Shown here: positions 1-21,344 of the stretch, piece after piece
Position numbering within the stretch: the first letter of the stretch is position 1
Layout of the letters: each line of letters starts with the position of its first letter
NCBI GenBank assembly: GCA_963813155.1
Contig: CAWEYG010000003.1
Span: 544,001 to 608,000, forward strand
Length of the DNA stretch: 64,000 nt
From: an uncultured Acidobacteriota bacterium
Lineage (GTDB): Bacteria; Acidobacteriota; Thermoanaerobaculia; UBA5066; DATFVB01
Direction of reading: 5' to 3'
The notes under the pieces: model-generated
What the model saw: the letters and a program-made list of their open reading frames with translations, nothing else
Told to the model about the DNA's origin: nothing
Databases searched by the model: none
Position numbers and translations under genes: made by a program

Positions 1-350
1 CCCTTCGAGAATCCCTCGATGTCGACGTGGTCGTTTTCCTTGAAGGTGTCGGCCAGGACCTTGTCGCCCGCCTTGAGCTCGTCGCCGTTGTCCAGGGCGA
101 ATTCGGCGAGCTCACGCATCGGAGCCACCGACGCTTTCGCGAAGTGCCCCTGCAGCGGCTTGGGAACGTTGCGGGGCGCGCGATCTTCGACGAGGCCGAT
201 CTGAACCGCGCTGTAGCCGTCTTTCTCGACCGTCTTCATCTGGACGACGAGGCACGGGCCGGCTTTGACGACCGTCACGGGGACGACCGTGCCGTCCTCC
301 TTGAAGATCTGGGTCATTCCGACCTTTTTCCCGATCAAACCGTGAATCAT
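1..350 (-). CDS. rplC: 50S ribosomal protein L3 (5' part, runs off window)
   Basis: Manual translation [33 protein letters not shown]; follows rpsJ. Confidence 0.95.
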   Translation of the reverse strand, partial: MIHGLIGKKVGMTQIFKEDGTVVPVTVVKAGPCLVVQMKTVEKDGYSAVQIGLVEDRAPRNVPKPLQGHFAKASVAPMRELAEFALDNGDELKAGDKVLADTFKENDHVDIEGFSK

Positions 351-354
351 GGCG

Positions 355-669
355 TCACTTTCCAAATGCCTTGATCTCGACGTCCACGCCGGCCGGCAAC
401 TCGAGCTTCATCAGCGCGTCCACCGTCTGCGAGGAAGGCTCGAGGATGTCGAGCAGGCGCTTGTGCGTCCGCATCTCGAATTGCTCCCGCGACTTCTTGT
501 CGACGTGCGGGGAGCGGTTCACCGTGTAGCGGGAAATCGTCGTCGGAAGCGGAATCGGGCCGGCGATCCGCGCTCCGGTCCGGCGCGCCGTGTCCACGAT
601 CTCGGTCGCCGACTGGTCGAGGACCCGGTAGTCGAACGCCTTGAGCCGAATGCGGATTTTGTCGTTCAT
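355..669 (-). CDS. rpsJ: 30S ribosomal protein S10
   Basis: [14 protein letters not shown]...[21 protein letters not shown] at the end of ORF 355..1890. Confidence 0.97.
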   Translation of the reverse strand: MNDKIRIRLKAFDYRVLDQSATEIVDTARRTGARIAGPIPLPTTISRYTVNRSPHVDKKSREQFEMRTHKRLLDILEPSSQTVDALMKLELPAGVDVEIKAFGK

Positions 670-695
670 CGTCTTCTCGATTCTTTCCTTCGAAC

Positions 696-1890
<1,195 letters not shown>

Positions 1891-1906
1891 CCTCGTCCCT
1901 CTCTAC

Positions 1907-3985
1907 TTACTTCGATCCGACTTTGGCGATGATCTCTTCCGAGACGTTCCGCGGGACCGGCTCGTACGATCCGAACTGCATGGTGTAGTTTCCGCGCCCC
2001 TGGGTCTTCGACCGGAGCGTCGTGGAGTAGCCGAACATCTCCGAGAGCGGCACGCGCGCCTTGATGACCTGCACTCCCGCCCGGGGCTCCTGGTGGAGGA
2101 TGTGGCCGCGACGCGAATTGATGTCGCCGATGACGTCGCCCATGTGGTCTTCGGGAACGACGACTTCGACGTCCATGATCGGCTCCTTGAGGATCGGCTT
2201 CGCCCTCTGGGCGGCGTCCTTCCAGGCGAGCGAGCCGGCGATCTTGAACGCGATTTCGGACGAGTCGACGTCGTGGTACGAGCCGTCGTACAGCTCGATG
2301 TGAACGCCCGTCGTCGGATATCCCGCGAGCACGCCCGTTTCCAGCGCTTCCTTGATCCCCTGCTCGATCGGCTTGATGAACTCCTTCGGGATCGCGCCGC
2401 CCTTGATGACGTTCTCGAAGACGAATTCCTTGCCGTCTTCCGCCGGCCGGACGCGGATCCGGCAGTCGCCGTACTGGCCGTGGCCGCCGGTCTGCCGCTT
2501 GAAGAGGCCCCGTCCGTCGGCTTCCTTCGTGATCGCCTCGCGGTACGCGACCTGGGGTTTTCCGACGTTCGCGCCGACGTTGAATTCGCGGACCATGCGG
2601 TCGACGATGATCTCCAGGTGGAGCTCGCCCATCCCCGAGATGATCGTCTGGTTCGTTTCCTTGTCGCTGAAGACCTTGAACGTCGGATCTTCCTGCATGA
2701 GCTTGGAGAGCGCGACGCCCATCTTTTCCTGGTCCGACTTCGTCTTCGGCTCGATCGCGACCGAGATGACGGGATCCGGGAAATTCATCGACTCGAGGAC
2801 GACGGGCGCGTTCTTGTCGCAGATCGTGTCGCCGGTGCGCACGTCCCGCAGGCCCACCGCGGCCGCGATGTCGCCGGCCCAGACTTCCTTGATCTCCTCG
2901 CGCTTGTTCGCGTGCATCTTGAGGATTCGCCCGACCCGCTCATTCGTGTCCTTCGTCGCGTTGAACACGGACGAACCCGCGTCGAGATGGCCGGAATAGA
3001 CGCGGAAGAACGCGAGCTGGCCGACGAACGGGTCGGTCATGATCTTGAAGATCAACGCCGCGAACGGGCCGTCATCCCTGGGCTCCCGGGTGACTTCGCT
3101 GTCGAGATCGTCGTGGCCCTTGATCGGGGGCACGTCGAGGGGAGAGGGAAGGTAGTCGACGACGGCGTCGAGCAGCTGCTGGACACCCTTGTTCTTGAAC
3201 GCGGACCCGCAGACGACCGGCTGGACCTTGCCCGCGACCGTCGCCTTGCGCAGCGCGGCCTTGATCTCCGCTCCGGTGACCTGTCCGCCCTCGAGGTATT
3301 TTTCCATCAGGTGGTCGTCGGTCTCCGCGATCGCTTCGACGAGGTGCTCGCGGTAGCGCTCCGCTTCCTCGCGAAACTCTTCGGGGATTTCGACGATGTC
3401 GAATTTCGCCCCGAGCGACTCTTCCTTGAACTCGATACCCTTCCATTCGACGAGGTCGATGACGCCGCGCAGCTGCGACTCGCTCCCCCACGGGATCTGG
3501 ATGGGCGCGGGCTTCGCGTTGAGTTTCGTCTTCATCATCTCGACGCAGCGCGGAAAATTCGCGCCGATCCGGTCCATCTTGTTGACGAACGCGATCCGGG
3601 GAACGCCGTAGCGGTCCGCCTGCCTCCAGACCGTCTCGGACTGGGGCTCCACGCCGGCGACCGCGTCGAAGCACGCGACCGCGCCGTCGAGAACGCGGAG
3701 CGAACGCTCCACTTCCGCCGTGAAGTCGACGTGTCCGGGCGTGTCGATGATGTTGATGCGGATGTCCTTCCAGAAACACGTCGTCGCGGCCGACGTGATC
3801 GTGATGCCGCGTTCCTGCTCCTGGACCATCCAGTCCATCGTCGCGGTGCCTTCGTGCACCTCGCCGATCTTGTAGTTCACGCCGGTGTAATAGAGGATGC
3901 GCTCCGTCGTGGTCGTCTTCCCCGCGTCGATGTGGGCCATGATGCCGATGTTGCGAGTGTCTTTGAGTGCGTGTGTGCGGGGCAT
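1907..3985 (-). CDS. fusA: Elongation factor G
   Basis: [33 protein letters not shown]; 692 aa. Confidence 0.98.
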   Translation of the reverse strand: MPRTHALKDTRNIGIMAHIDAGKTTTTERILYYTGVNYKIGEVHEGTATMDWMVQEQERGITITSAATTCFWKDIRINIIDTPGHVDFTAEVERSLRVLDGAVACFDAVAGVEPQSETVWRQADRYGVPRIAFVNKMDRIGANFPRCVEMMKTKLNAKPAPIQIPWGSESQLRGVIDLVEWKGIEFKEESLGAKFDIVEIPEEFREEAERYREHLVEAIAETDDHLMEKYLEGGQVTGAEIKAALRKATVAGKVQPVVCGSAFKNKGVQQLLDAVVDYLPSPLDVPPIKGHDDLDSEVTREPRDDGPFAALIFKIMTDPFVGQLAFFRVYSGHLDAGSSVFNATKDTNERVGRILKMHANKREEIKEVWAGDIAAAVGLRDVRTGDTICDKNAPVVLESMNFPDPVISVAIEPKTKSDQEKMGVALSKLMQEDPTFKVFSDKETNQTIISGMGELHLEIIVDRMVREFNVGANVGKPQVAYREAITKEADGRGLFKRQTGGHGQYGDCRIRVRPAEDGKEFVFENVIKGGAIPKEFIKPIEQGIKEALETGVLAGYPTTGVHIELYDGSYHDVDSSEIAFKIAGSLAWKDAAQRAKPILKEPIMDVEVVVPEDHMGDVIGDINSRRGHILHQEPRAGVQVIKARVPLSEMFGYSTTLRSKTQGRGNYTMQFGSYEPVPRNVSEEIIAKVGSK

Positions 3986-3993
3986 GATTCAAC

Positions 3994-4464
3994 TCACCAA
4001 CGGTAGTGGGCAAAAGCCTTGTTGGCTTCCGCCATCTTCAGCGTGTCGTCTTTCTTCTTCATCGCGCCGCCCTTGAGGTTGGACGCATCGAGGAGCTCGC
4101 CCGCGAGCTTCTCGCGCATCGTGCGCTCTCCGCGCGCCAGGGCGTATTCGATCAGCCACCGGATCGCGAGCGAGGTCCGCCGGTTCGGCCGAACTTCGAC
4201 GGGCACCTGGTAGGTCGATCCGCCGACGCGCCGCGACTTGACCTCGAGCGCCGGCTTGACGTTCTCGACCGCCTTCTTGAAGACCTTCATCGGGTCGTCC
4301 TGGGTCTTCTCGGAAACGACTTCGAGCGCGCCGTACAGGATGCGCTCGGCCACGCTCTTCTTCCCCTGCTTCATGACCGAGTTCACGAACTTCGTCACGA
4401 GCTGGGAGTTGTAGACGGGGTCCGGCAGAATCTCGCGCTTGGGAACTTCTCTTCGTCTCGGCAT
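3994..4464 (-). CDS. rpsG: 30S ribosomal protein S7
   Basis: [10 protein letters not shown]...[11 protein letters not shown]...[13 protein letters not shown]. Confidence 0.97.
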   Translation of the reverse strand: MPRRREVPKREILPDPVYNSQLVTKFVNSVMKQGKKSVAERILYGALEVVSEKTQDDPMKVFKKAVENVKPALEVKSRRVGGSTYQVPVEVRPNRRTSLAIRWLIEYALARGERTMREKLAGELLDASNLKGGAMKKKDDTLKMAEANKAFAHYRW

Positions 4465-4468
4465 CGTC

Positions 4469-4843
4469 TCAGCTCTTCGGGCGCTTCGCGCCGTATTTGG
4501 ACCGGCCCTGCTTCCGGTTCGCAACGCCGACCGCGTCGAGCGTGCCCCGGATGATGTGGTAGCGGACGCCGGGCAGATCCTTCACGCGGCCGCCGCGAAT
4601 CATCACGATGGAGTGCTCCTGGAGGTTGTGCCCGACTCCCGGGATGTAGGTCGTGACTTCCGTGCCGTTGGTCAGGCGGACGCGGGCGACTTTTCGAAGG
4701 GCCGAGTTCGGCTTCTTCGGAGTGGTGGTGTAAACGCGCGTGCAGACGCCCCGCTTCTGCGGGCTCGCGTTCAACGCGGGACTCGCCGTCTTGTACCGAA
4801 CGGCCTCCCGTCCGCTGCGAACCAACTGTGAAATCGTCGGCAT
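4469..4843 (-). CDS. rpsL: 30S ribosomal protein S12
   Basis: [30 protein letters not shown]. Confidence 0.98.
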   Translation of the reverse strand: MPTISQLVRSGREAVRYKTASPALNASPQKRGVCTRVYTTTPKKPNSALRKVARVRLTNGTEVTTYIPGVGHNLQEHSIVMIRGGRVKDLPGVRYHIIRGTLDAVGVANRKQGRSKYGAKRPKS

Positions 4844-5015
4844 TCCTCTAGTCCTCCGAATCCCTGCGTCCCCGGCCGCACAGAAAAATTTCTCCAGGCG
4901 GCCTCAATTCAATTCGTCTCCCCGGTCCCAGGTTCTTGCCGCTCCGTGGGGCCGAGATCGATCGTCTCCCTGTCTTCTGGATCAGTATCCGAGAAGTCCC
5001 GGGGAAAACCCGCTA

Positions 5016-5044
5016 ATACTATGAGCCTATGGCTGATCTGTCAA
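5016..5044 (-). promoter_or_regulatory. Sigma70-type promoter of the str operon
   Basis: Minus strand TTGACA-17 nt-TAGTAT upstream of rpsL. Confidence 0.8.
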
Positions 5045-5130
5045 GCAAAAGACGAGGGCGAGGCCCCGTTCTGGCGCCCGCTCCCCCGGACCGAACCTCC
5101 ACTCCTTCCCCGAATCCCTGAAACCCCCGG

Positions 5131-5163
5131 AAAACGAAAGGCCCCGGATTGCTCCGGGGCCTT
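5131..5163 (-). terminator. Rho-independent terminator after rpoC
   Basis: Minus strand AAGGCCCCGGA-GCAA-TCCGGGGCCTT followed by TCGTTTT. Confidence 0.75.
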
Positions 5164-5189
5164 CGAAATCCTTGAAAAAAGGCCGGATT

Positions 5190-9389
<4,200 letters not shown>

Positions 9390-9423
9390 TTGCCCACTCC
9401 TTTCGAACTCTCTTGCCACCCGG

Positions 9424-13668
<4,245 letters not shown>

Positions 13669-13712
13669 GCCGTTACGACTCCTTTTCCACGATTTCCACC
13701 GGGGAGGCAGAC

Positions 13713-13735
13713 GGGGACCGCCGGAGGCGGTCCCC
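13713..13735. promoter_or_regulatory. GC-rich hairpin between rplL and rpoB (possible attenuator or processing site)
   Basis: GGGGACCGCC-GGA-GGCGGTCCCC perfect 10-bp stem, no U tract. Confidence 0.35.
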
Positions 13736-13779
13736 CAAATCCTTCATCCGGACAAGAAAACACGTCTTCTCGTTTCCGA

Positions 13780-14157
13780 TTACTTGACTTCGACTTTCGC
13801 CCCAACTTCTTCGAACTTCTTCTTGATGTTGGCCGCGTCGTCCTTGGAAACGCCTTCCTTGAGCGTCTGCGGGGCGCCGTCGACCAGGTCCTTGGCTTCC
13901 TTGAGCCCGAGGCCCGTCACTTCGCGAACCACCTTGATGGTCTTGATCTTGTCGCCCGCGGCGGCGAGGACGACGGTGAATTCCGTCTTCTCTTCCTCCG
14001 CCGGAGCCGCCGCGGCCGCCGGGGCTGCCGCCGCCGGCATCGCCATCGCGGCCGCCGACACGCCGAACTTCTCCTCGAGCGACTTGACGAGGGTGTTGAG
14101 ATCGAGAACCGACATCTTCTCGATCTCCGAAACGAACTGCTCTACGTTCAATGCCAT
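13780..14157 (-). CDS. rplL: 50S ribosomal protein L7/L12
   Basis: [31 protein letters not shown]. Confidence 0.97.
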   Translation of the reverse strand: MALNVEQFVSEIEKMSVLDLNTLVKSLEEKFGVSAAAMAMPAAAAPAAAAAPAEEEKTEFTVVLAAAGDKIKTIKVVREVTGLGLKEAKDLVDGAPQTLKEGVSKDDAANIKKKFEEVGAKVEVK

Positions 14158-14175
14158 TGATTTCTCCTCAAATTC

Positions 14176-14727
14176 TCATTCACCCGACGCGGTTTGCTCC
14201 GCGGGGGCGGACTTCCCTTTTTGATCGCTGATCTGCGAAAGCACAACAGCGAGGTTCTGAATCGGACCATTCAACACCGTGACCAACCGCCGAACCGGTG
14301 ATTGTAGCATGAAAAGCAACCTTCCCACCAGCTGCTCGCGGGACGGGAGGTCGGCAATCATCTGAATCTGGGTTGCCGGGACCGCCTTCCCTTCGACGAC
14401 CGCCCCCTTGAAAGAGAGCGATGCATTCGTTTTCGCGAATGTCGTCAGGATTTTCGCGAGCCCGACCGGGGAATCGGCGTTGTACGCGACCGCCGTCGGC
14501 CCGGCAAAATGATCCTTGAGCGGCTCGAGGGCGCTCCCCTCGATCGCCCGGATCGCGAGCGTGTTCTTGACCACGAGGTACGAAGACTTCGAATCGCGAA
14601 TCTGCTTGCGCAGCTCGGTGACGTCGGGAACCCGAAGCCCGGAGAATCCGAGCACAAACGCGTTCCGCGCCGCGCCGACCGAGTCGCGAAGCTCTTCGAT
14701 GGCAGCGTTTTTCTCTTGTTTGTTCAC
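14176..14727 (-). CDS. rplJ: 50S ribosomal protein L10
   Basis: LRKQIRDSKSSYLVVKNTL, ADLPSREQL; GTG start behind GAGGGG. Confidence 0.95.
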   Translation of the reverse strand: MNKQEKNAAIEELRDSVGAARNAFVLGFSGLRVPDVTELRKQIRDSKSSYLVVKNTLAIRAIEGSALEPLKDHFAGPTAVAYNADSPVGLAKILTTFAKTNASLSFKGAVVEGKAVPATQIQMIADLPSREQLVGRLLFMLQSPVRRLVTVLNGPIQNLAVVLSQISDQKGKSAPAEQTASGE

Positions 14728-14738
14728 TCTCAATCCCC

Positions 14739-15434
14739 TCAGATCGCTTCCGCCGCGGTCGTGTCGATTTTGACGCTGGGGCCCATCGTGGAAGAAAGCG
14801 AAACGGAGCGGAAATATTTCCCCTTCGCGGCCGCGGGCTTCGCCCGATGAACCGCGTGGATCAACGCTTCCGCGTTCTCCTTCAACTTCTTCTCCTCAAA
14901 GGACATTTTTCCCAGCGGGGCGTGGATGATCGCCGTCTTGTCGACGCGGAACTCGAGCTTTCCGGCCTTGATCTCGGTGACGGCCCTGCCGACGTCGGCC
15001 GTAACCGTTCCCGCCTTCGGATTCGGCATGAGGCCCCGCGGGCCGAGGACCTTTCCGAGCCGGCCGACCGACCGCATCATGTCCGGAGTCGCCACGAGCG
15101 CGTCGAAGTCGAGGTAGCCTCCGGCGATCTTCTCCGCCAGATCTTCTCCCCCGACGATGTCGGCTCCCGCGGCCTCCGCTTCCTTGATTTTCTCGCCCGA
15201 CGTGATGACGGCCACGCGCTTGGATTTGCCGAGTCCGTGCGGGAGGATCACCGTTCCCCGGACCATCTGGTCCGCGTGCTTCGGGTCCACTCCGAGCAGG
15301 ATCGACACGTCCAGAGTCTCGTCGAACTTCGCGAACTTGATCTTTTTCGCGAGCGCGATCGCCTCTTCCAGCCCGTACGGACGGTCCTGGATCTGCGCCT
15401 TGGCCGCCTGAAACTTTTTGCCTCTTGAAGCCAT
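14739..15434 (-). CDS. rplA: 50S ribosomal protein L1
   Basis: [33 protein letters not shown]. Confidence 0.97.
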   Translation of the reverse strand: MASRGKKFQAAKAQIQDRPYGLEEAIALAKKIKFAKFDETLDVSILLGVDPKHADQMVRGTVILPHGLGKSKRVAVITSGEKIKEAEAAGADIVGGEDLAEKIAGGYLDFDALVATPDMMRSVGRLGKVLGPRGLMPNPKAGTVTADVGRAVTEIKAGKLEFRVDKTAIIHAPLGKMSFEEKKLKENAEALIHAVHRAKPAAAKGKYFRSVSLSSTMGPSVKIDTTAAEAI

Positions 15435-15445
15435 AAGATCCTTTC

Positions 15446-15480
15446 GTCGTGCAATCGATCCCGTCGCCGGGATCTCCGAC
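15446..15480 (-). promoter_or_regulatory. Candidate L1-binding mRNA autoregulatory site before rplA
   Basis: GTCG-GAG-ATCCC-GGCGAC-GGGAT-CGATTGCA-CGAC: two stems around an asymmetric loop, like known L1 operator sites. Confidence 0.5.
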
Positions 15481-15545
15481 TGTTGTTTCGGCCGCCTCCG
15501 TTCCCTGGGCGCTGACTCGCCCCGGAGGAGACCGTGGAAACCCCG

Positions 15546-15968
15546 TTAAACGATGTCGAGCCCCATGTTCCGGGCCGTGCCGGAAATCGTCCGGATCGCC
15601 GCGTCGAGCGAGCCGGCGTTCAGGTCGGGCATCTTCAGGCGGGCGATCTCCTCGACCTGCGCCTTCGTCACCTTGCCGACCTTGACCTTGTTGGGCGTTC
15701 CCGACCCCTTCGGAACTCCGGCCGCCTTCAGCAGGAGGACGGGCGCCGGGGGCGTCTTCGTGATGAACGTGTAAGACCGGTCCGCGTAGACTGTCAGGAC
15801 GACGGGGATGATGAGCCCCTTGTCCTTCGCGGTCCTCGCGTTGAAGTTCTTGACGAAGTCCATGATGTTGACGCCCGCCGGACCGAGCGCCGTTCCGACC
15901 GGCGGGGCCGGAGTGGCTTCGCCCGCGGGAATCTGAAGCTTGATGTAGCCGGTGATCTTCTTGGCCAT
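15546..15968 (-). CDS. rplK: 50S ribosomal protein L11
   Basis: [27 protein letters not shown]. Confidence 0.97.
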   Translation of the reverse strand: MAKKITGYIKLQIPAGEATPAPPVGTALGPAGVNIMDFVKNFNARTAKDKGLIIPVVLTVYADRSYTFITKTPPAPVLLLKAAGVPKGSGTPNKVKVGKVTKAQVEEIARLKMPDLNAGSLDAAIRTISGTARNMGLDIV

Positions 15969-15995
15969 GCTCGCGTTTTCCTATCTTCTCTCGAA

Positions 15996-16541
15996 CTAAA
16001 TCTTCTGGACCTGGAGGAAATCCAACTCGACCGGAGTGGCCCGGCCGAAGATCGTGACCATGACTTTGAGCGTCGAGCGGTCGAGGTTGACGTCCTCCAC
16101 GACGCCCGTGAAGTTCGTGAACGGGCCGTCGGTGATCCGGACCGTCTCGCCGTGCTCGAACGTGTGCCGCGGCTTGGGTTTCTCCTTCGTCGAATGGACC
16201 TGGTGGAGGATCTGCTCGACCTCCTCTTCGGTCAGCGGCGTCGGCTCTTTCCCGGATCCGACGAATCCCGTCACCTTCGGCGTGTTCTTGACCAGGTGCC
16301 AGGCCTCGTCGGACATTTCCATCTCGACGAGGATGTAGCCGGGGAAGAACTTGCGGTGGATCTCGCGCTTCTTTCCGCCCTTCATCTCGACAAGGGTCTC
16401 GGTCGGGATGCGGACCTCGCCGAAGGCCGGGCTCATGCCCATCGCCTCGACGCGCTGCAGCAGGTTCTGCCGCACGCGATCCTCGAAACCCGAGTACGTG
16501 TGCACGATGTACCAGCGCTTTTCGCCGGTCGCCGCTTTCAT
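15996..16541 (-). CDS. nusG: Transcription termination/antitermination factor NusG
   Basis: [25 protein letters not shown] motif, [12 protein letters not shown]. Confidence 0.96.
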   Translation of the reverse strand: MKAATGEKRWYIVHTYSGFEDRVRQNLLQRVEAMGMSPAFGEVRIPTETLVEMKGGKKREIHRKFFPGYILVEMEMSDEAWHLVKNTPKVTGFVGSGKEPTPLTEEEVEQILHQVHSTKEKPKPRHTFEHGETVRITDGPFTNFTGVVEDVNLDRSTLKVMVTIFGRATPVELDFLQVQKI

Positions 16542-16753
16542 ACGCCGAGCGCCTTGTACACGGCCTCGAGCCCCTTCCCGAGGACGAGGTCGCAGGCGGA
16601 CAGGTAGAAACCGATGATCAGGGTCGCGACGATCACGACGATCGTCGTCCCGACGACGGTCTTCCGGTCCGGCCACGTGACTTTCTTGGCTTCCGCGATC
16701 ACTTCCCGGACGAAGGTTCGCGTGTTCGGCCACCACTGTGAAATCGCTGCCAT
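16538..16753 (-). CDS. secE: Preprotein translocase subunit SecE
   Basis: EAKKVTWP followed by a TM helix; lies between tRNA-Trp and nusG. Confidence 0.93.
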   Translation of the reverse strand: MAAISQWWPNTRTFVREVIAEAKKVTWPDRKTVVGTTIVVIVATLIIGFYLSACDLVLGKGLEAVYKALGV

Positions 16754-16803
16754 GGCTCCCTTATCCTCGCTCGCTCGAAACCCGCCCGCTCAAACTCGAA
16801 AGA

Positions 16804-16880
16804 TGGCAGGGGTGGAGGGATTCGAACCCCCAACATCCGGTTTTGGAGACCGGCGCTCTACCAATTCGAGCTACACCCCT
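16804..16880 (-). tRNA. tRNA-Trp(CCA)
   Basis: AGGGGTGTAGCTCG...CCGGT-CT-CCA-AA-ACCGG...GGTTCGAATCC...CCA end. Confidence 0.96.
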
Positions 16881-16885
16881 CAAGC

Positions 16886-17038
16886 TCAAACCTTGCCTTC
16901 CTTGTGCGCCGTGTGCTTCCGGCAGAATCGGCAGTACTTGCTCCGCTCCAGCTTCTCGGTGTTGGTCTTCTTGTTCTTCGTCGTCGTGTAGTTCCGCCGC
17001 TTGCAAGCGCTGCACGCGAGAGAGATGATTTCCTGCAT
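16886..17038 (-). CDS. rpmG: 50S ribosomal protein L33 (Zn-binding type)
   Basis: Manual translation [50 protein letters not shown]; below the ORF track size cutoff. Confidence 0.95.
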   Translation of the reverse strand: MQEIISLACSACKRRNYTTTKNKKTNTEKLERSKYCRFCRKHTAHKEGKV

Positions 17039-17050
17039 CGTCGTATCCCC

Positions 17051-18244
<1,194 letters not shown>

Positions 18245-18301
18245 CCTCGTCCCTCATCATTTTTCAAATCCCGCCGCGGGGAAATTTCCCGGATCGAGAA
18301 C

Positions 18302-18377
<76 letters not shown>

Positions 18378-18412
18378 AGGAGTACGATCAAAGACCCCCA
18401 GATTCCCAAGTT

Positions 18413-18487
18413 TGGAGCGGGAGACGGGATTCGAACCCGCGACCAACAGCTTGGAAGGCTGTGACTCTACCCCTGAGTTACTCCCGC
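18413..18487 (-). tRNA. tRNA-Gly(TCC)
   Basis: GCGGGAGTAACTCAG...ACAGC-CT-TCC-AA-GCTGT...GGTTCGAATCCC...CCA. Confidence 0.95.
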
Positions 18488-18525
18488 GCTTTCCCCGTAC
18501 TTTCCGCCGCCGCGCCGCCCGGAGA

Positions 18526-18612
18526 TGGTGGGCAGTGGAGGATTCGAACCTCCGTAGCGCGAAGCGCGGCAGATTTACAGTCTGCTGCCATTAACCACTC
18601 GGCCAACTGCCC
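18526..18612 (-). tRNA. tRNA-Tyr(GTA)
   Basis: GGGCAGTTGGCCGAGTGG...GCAGA-CT-GTA-AA-TCTGC, long variable arm, CCA end. Confidence 0.95.
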
Positions 18613-18647
18613 TCGGATTCTCGTCTTCTTCCCCCGCCGGACGCTCG

Positions 18648-18723
18648 TGGAGCCGACGAGAGGAATTGAACCTCCAACCTTCGGTTTACAAAACCGCTGC
18701 TCTGCCGATTGAGCTACGCCGGC
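18648..18723 (-). tRNA. tRNA-Thr(TGT)
   Basis: GCCGGCGTAGCTCAA...CGGT-TT-TGT-AA-ACCG...CCA. Confidence 0.95.
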
Positions 18724-18826
18724 GCGATCCCGCGAACGTTGCCCGCTCTTCAAAGAACACCCCGGGAAAGACTCCAGACACACCCACCGTGCACACGTAT
18801 TCTCGCAAACACGGCGCGAACTGTGG

Positions 18827-18855
18827 AGAATACCAGAACGTTTTTAGCGAGGCAA
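18827..18855 (-). promoter_or_regulatory. Sigma70-type promoter of the tRNA-tuf operon
   Basis: Minus strand TTGCCT-17 nt-TATTCT with TG extension. Confidence 0.65.
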
Positions 18856-18868
18856 GAACTTTTCTTCT

Positions 18869-19585
18869 CTAAAGGATAGCCCGCCTTTGGCGCACCGCCT
18901 CGAAGGCTGCCGCGGCGGCCGCGGTGGACACGTTCAGCGAGGCGATCTGCCCCGCCATGGGCAGGCGGGCGACCACGTCGCAGCCCTCCTTCACGAGGCG
19001 GCGGATTCCCTTGCCCTCCGCGCCGAGCACGAGAACGAGATCCCCCTTCAAATCGAGCGAATACAGGTCTTCGCCCCTCTCGTCCAGCCCCACGGCGAAG
19101 AATCCCTGATCCCTCGCGTCGTCGAGGAACCGGCGCAGATTTCCGGCTCGAAACAGAGGCACCCGCGCCATCGCGCCGGCGGAAACCCGGGCGACGGTCT
19201 CGGAAAGCGGCGCCGAGCCCCGGTCGTGCACGACGACCCTCGCCCCGGCCGCATCGGCGACCCTCAGGACCGCGCCGAGGTTGTGGGGGTCCTGGACGTC
19301 GTCGAGAAGGATCACGAACCGGCTACCGGGCTCTCCGGAAAGGACTTCTTCGCGGGTCGACAGGTCGGCGGCCGCCAGCCGGGCCACGATTCCCTGGTGA
19401 TTCTTCGCGAACCGGTCGAGAGACGCCCGGGCGCCGAAGCGCACCGCGACCCCGGCTTCCCGGCACAGGCTTTTGAGCTCGCCGCTGCGCCGGTCGCGCC
19501 GCGATTCGTCGAACAGCGCCCATTCCACGCGTTTCGGGCTCGATCGCACGGCTTCTTCGACGGCGTGGAACCCGGAGACGATCAT
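18869..19585 (-). CDS. rlmB: 23S rRNA Gm2251 methyltransferase (SPOUT family)
   Basis: VQDPHNLGAVLR, VLGAEGKGIR, SLNVSTAAA. Confidence 0.9.
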   Translation of the reverse strand: MIVSGFHAVEEAVRSSPKRVEWALFDESRRDRRSGELKSLCREAGVAVRFGARASLDRFAKNHQGIVARLAAADLSTREEVLSGEPGSRFVILLDDVQDPHNLGAVLRVADAAGARVVVHDRGSAPLSETVARVSAGAMARVPLFRAGNLRRFLDDARDQGFFAVGLDERGEDLYSLDLKGDLVLVLGAEGKGIRRLVKEGCDVVARLPMAGQIASLNVSTAAAAAAFEAVRQRRAIL

Positions 19586-20079
19586 CCGCCTTCGCCGAGG
19601 CTTCGGCGCGACTCCAAAAGCACCACTGCCATCGCCGCGAGGCCCTCGCCCCGCCCCGGGAAACCCATTCCGTTCGTGGAGGTTCCGCGCACCGAGACCC
19701 GGTCGGGAGGGACGTCCAGGAGCGAGGCGATTCCCCGCGCCATCTCTACGCGCCGCGGCGCTATCTTCGGCTCCTCGCCGATCACCGTCGCGTCGACGTT
19801 GCCGATCGACCATCCGGCAGAGCGGACCATTTCCGCGACGGCCGAGAGCATCTCGCCGCTTTCGCGGCCCCGCCCCTTCGGATCGCGGTCGGAGAAATGC
19901 TCGCCGAGGCTTCCCAGGCCGGCCGCCCCGAGCAGAGCGTCGCAGATCGCGTGCAACAGAACGTCGCCGTCGGAGTGTCCCGCGAGCCCGGCGCCCGCTT
20001 CCCAGACGAGCCCGCCCAACGCGAGGGGACGGCCCTTCTCGAAAGGATGGGCGTCGAAACCCAGGCCGACGCGGTTCAT
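19582..20079 (-). CDS. ispF: 2-C-methyl-D-erythritol 2,4-cyclodiphosphate synthase
   Basis: RVGLGFDAH, GHSDGDVLLHAICDALLGA. Confidence 0.95.
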   Translation of the reverse strand: MNRVGLGFDAHPFEKGRPLALGGLVWEAGAGLAGHSDGDVLLHAICDALLGAAGLGSLGEHFSDRDPKGRGRESGEMLSAVAEMVRSAGWSIGNVDATVIGEEPKIAPRRVEMARGIASLLDVPPDRVSVRGTSTNGMGFPGRGEGLAAMAVVLLESRRSLGEGG

Positions 20080-20750
20080 TCGGGCTCGCTTTTCCCCCCG
20101 AAATCCCTTGCGATCGCCTCCGCGAGGCGCAGGTCTTCCGGGAACGTGATCTTGAACGCCAGGCGCGACACGGGCACGGCCGCGACGCGGATTCCGATCG
20201 CTTCGCAGCGCGAGGCCTCGTCGGTGCCGGGCGGCGCTTCCGAGATCGCCCGCCGCAGGACATCGCCCCGGAAAACCTGCGGCGTCGCGGCCGCCGCGAC
20301 CTCTTCGCGGTCGAGCGTCCCGAGAATCCATTCGCCGTCCCAACGTTTCAGCGTGTCCGCGACCCGAATGACCGCGATCGCAGCGCCCGTTTCTTCGGCG
20401 GCGTCGATGACCGCCTGAACCTCTTCCGGCTCGACGAACGCCCGCGCCGCGTCGTGAATGACGACGAAGTCGCGCGGCCCCGGCGCGAGGTAGTCGACGC
20501 CGAGCGCGACGGATTCGGCTCGAGTGCTGCCGCCGGCGATGACCGGCCACCGGTGGCGCAGCGCCGCCCCGAACTGTTCTTCGAGTCCCGCCGGTGAGAG
20601 AACGATGCCCTTCTCGAACGGCATCGACGCGAACGTCTTCAGCGAGAACGAAAGGAGAGGACGCCCATGGACCGGAACGAGAGCCTTCGAGACGGATCCG
20701 CCGAGCCGATCGCCGCGGCCGGCCGCCGGGATCAGAAGGTGCAGGCTCAA
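20076..20750 (-). CDS. ispD: 2-C-methyl-D-erythritol 4-phosphate cytidylyltransferase
   Basis: IPAAGRGDRLG, VVIHDAARAF, TPQVFR, KITFPEDL; TTG start overlaps the frr stop. Confidence 0.92.
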   Translation of the reverse strand: MSLHLLIPAAGRGDRLGGSVSKALVPVHGRPLLSFSLKTFASMPFEKGIVLSPAGLEEQFGAALRHRWPVIAGGSTRAESVALGVDYLAPGPRDFVVIHDAARAFVEPEEVQAVIDAAEETGAAIAVIRVADTLKRWDGEWILGTLDREEVAAAATPQVFRGDVLRRAISEAPPGTDEASRCEAIGIRVAAVPVSRLAFKITFPEDLRLAEAIARDFGGKSEPE

Positions 20751-21301
20751 ACCTTCAGAATCTCTTCTTCCTTGGCCTTCAGGAGCGCGTCGATCTCCGA
20801 GATCTTCTTGTCGGTCAGTTTCTGGACTTCGTCGAGGCCGCGCTTCTCGTCGTCTTCGGAGATCGCCTTGTCTTTCTTCATCTTCTTCAGCGTGTCGTTG
20901 GCCTCGTGACGAAATCGCCGCACCTCGACGCGGACCTCCTCCGCCAGGTGGTGCCCCTTCTTCACGATCTCCTTTCGCCGCTCCTCCGTCGGCTGCGGGA
21001 CGGGAATCCGCACGACCTTTCCGTCCGACACGGGATTCAAGCCGAGGTCCGCCTTTCGGATCGCCTTGTCGATCTCCCCGCAAAGGGACGGGTCCCAGGG
21101 TTGAGCGACGAGGAGGCTCGACTCGGGAACGGTCAGGTTGCACACCTGCTTCAGGGGCGTCTCGACTCCGTACGAGGAAACCATCACCCCCTCGAGCAAC
21201 GCGGCGGACGCGCGCCCGGTGCGCAGCGTGCCCAGCTGGTGTTTCAGCGCGTCCAGGGCGGCGACCATCTTCTTTTCGACGTCTTGAATTTCGTTTCTCA
21301 T
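20747..21301 (-). CDS. frr: Ribosome recycling factor
   Basis: LRTGRAS, LGLNPVSDG, TEERRKE. Confidence 0.97.
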   Translation of the reverse strand: MRNEIQDVEKKMVAALDALKHQLGTLRTGRASAALLEGVMVSSYGVETPLKQVCNLTVPESSLLVAQPWDPSLCGEIDKAIRKADLGLNPVSDGKVVRIPVPQPTEERRKEIVKKGHHLAEEVRVEVRRFRHEANDTLKKMKKDKAISEDDEKRGLDEVQKLTDKKISEIDALLKAKEEEILKV

Positions 21302-21344
21302 GATTCTCTCTCGGCTCTCCCTCTTTCTCCGCTCTCGTCCGGTC

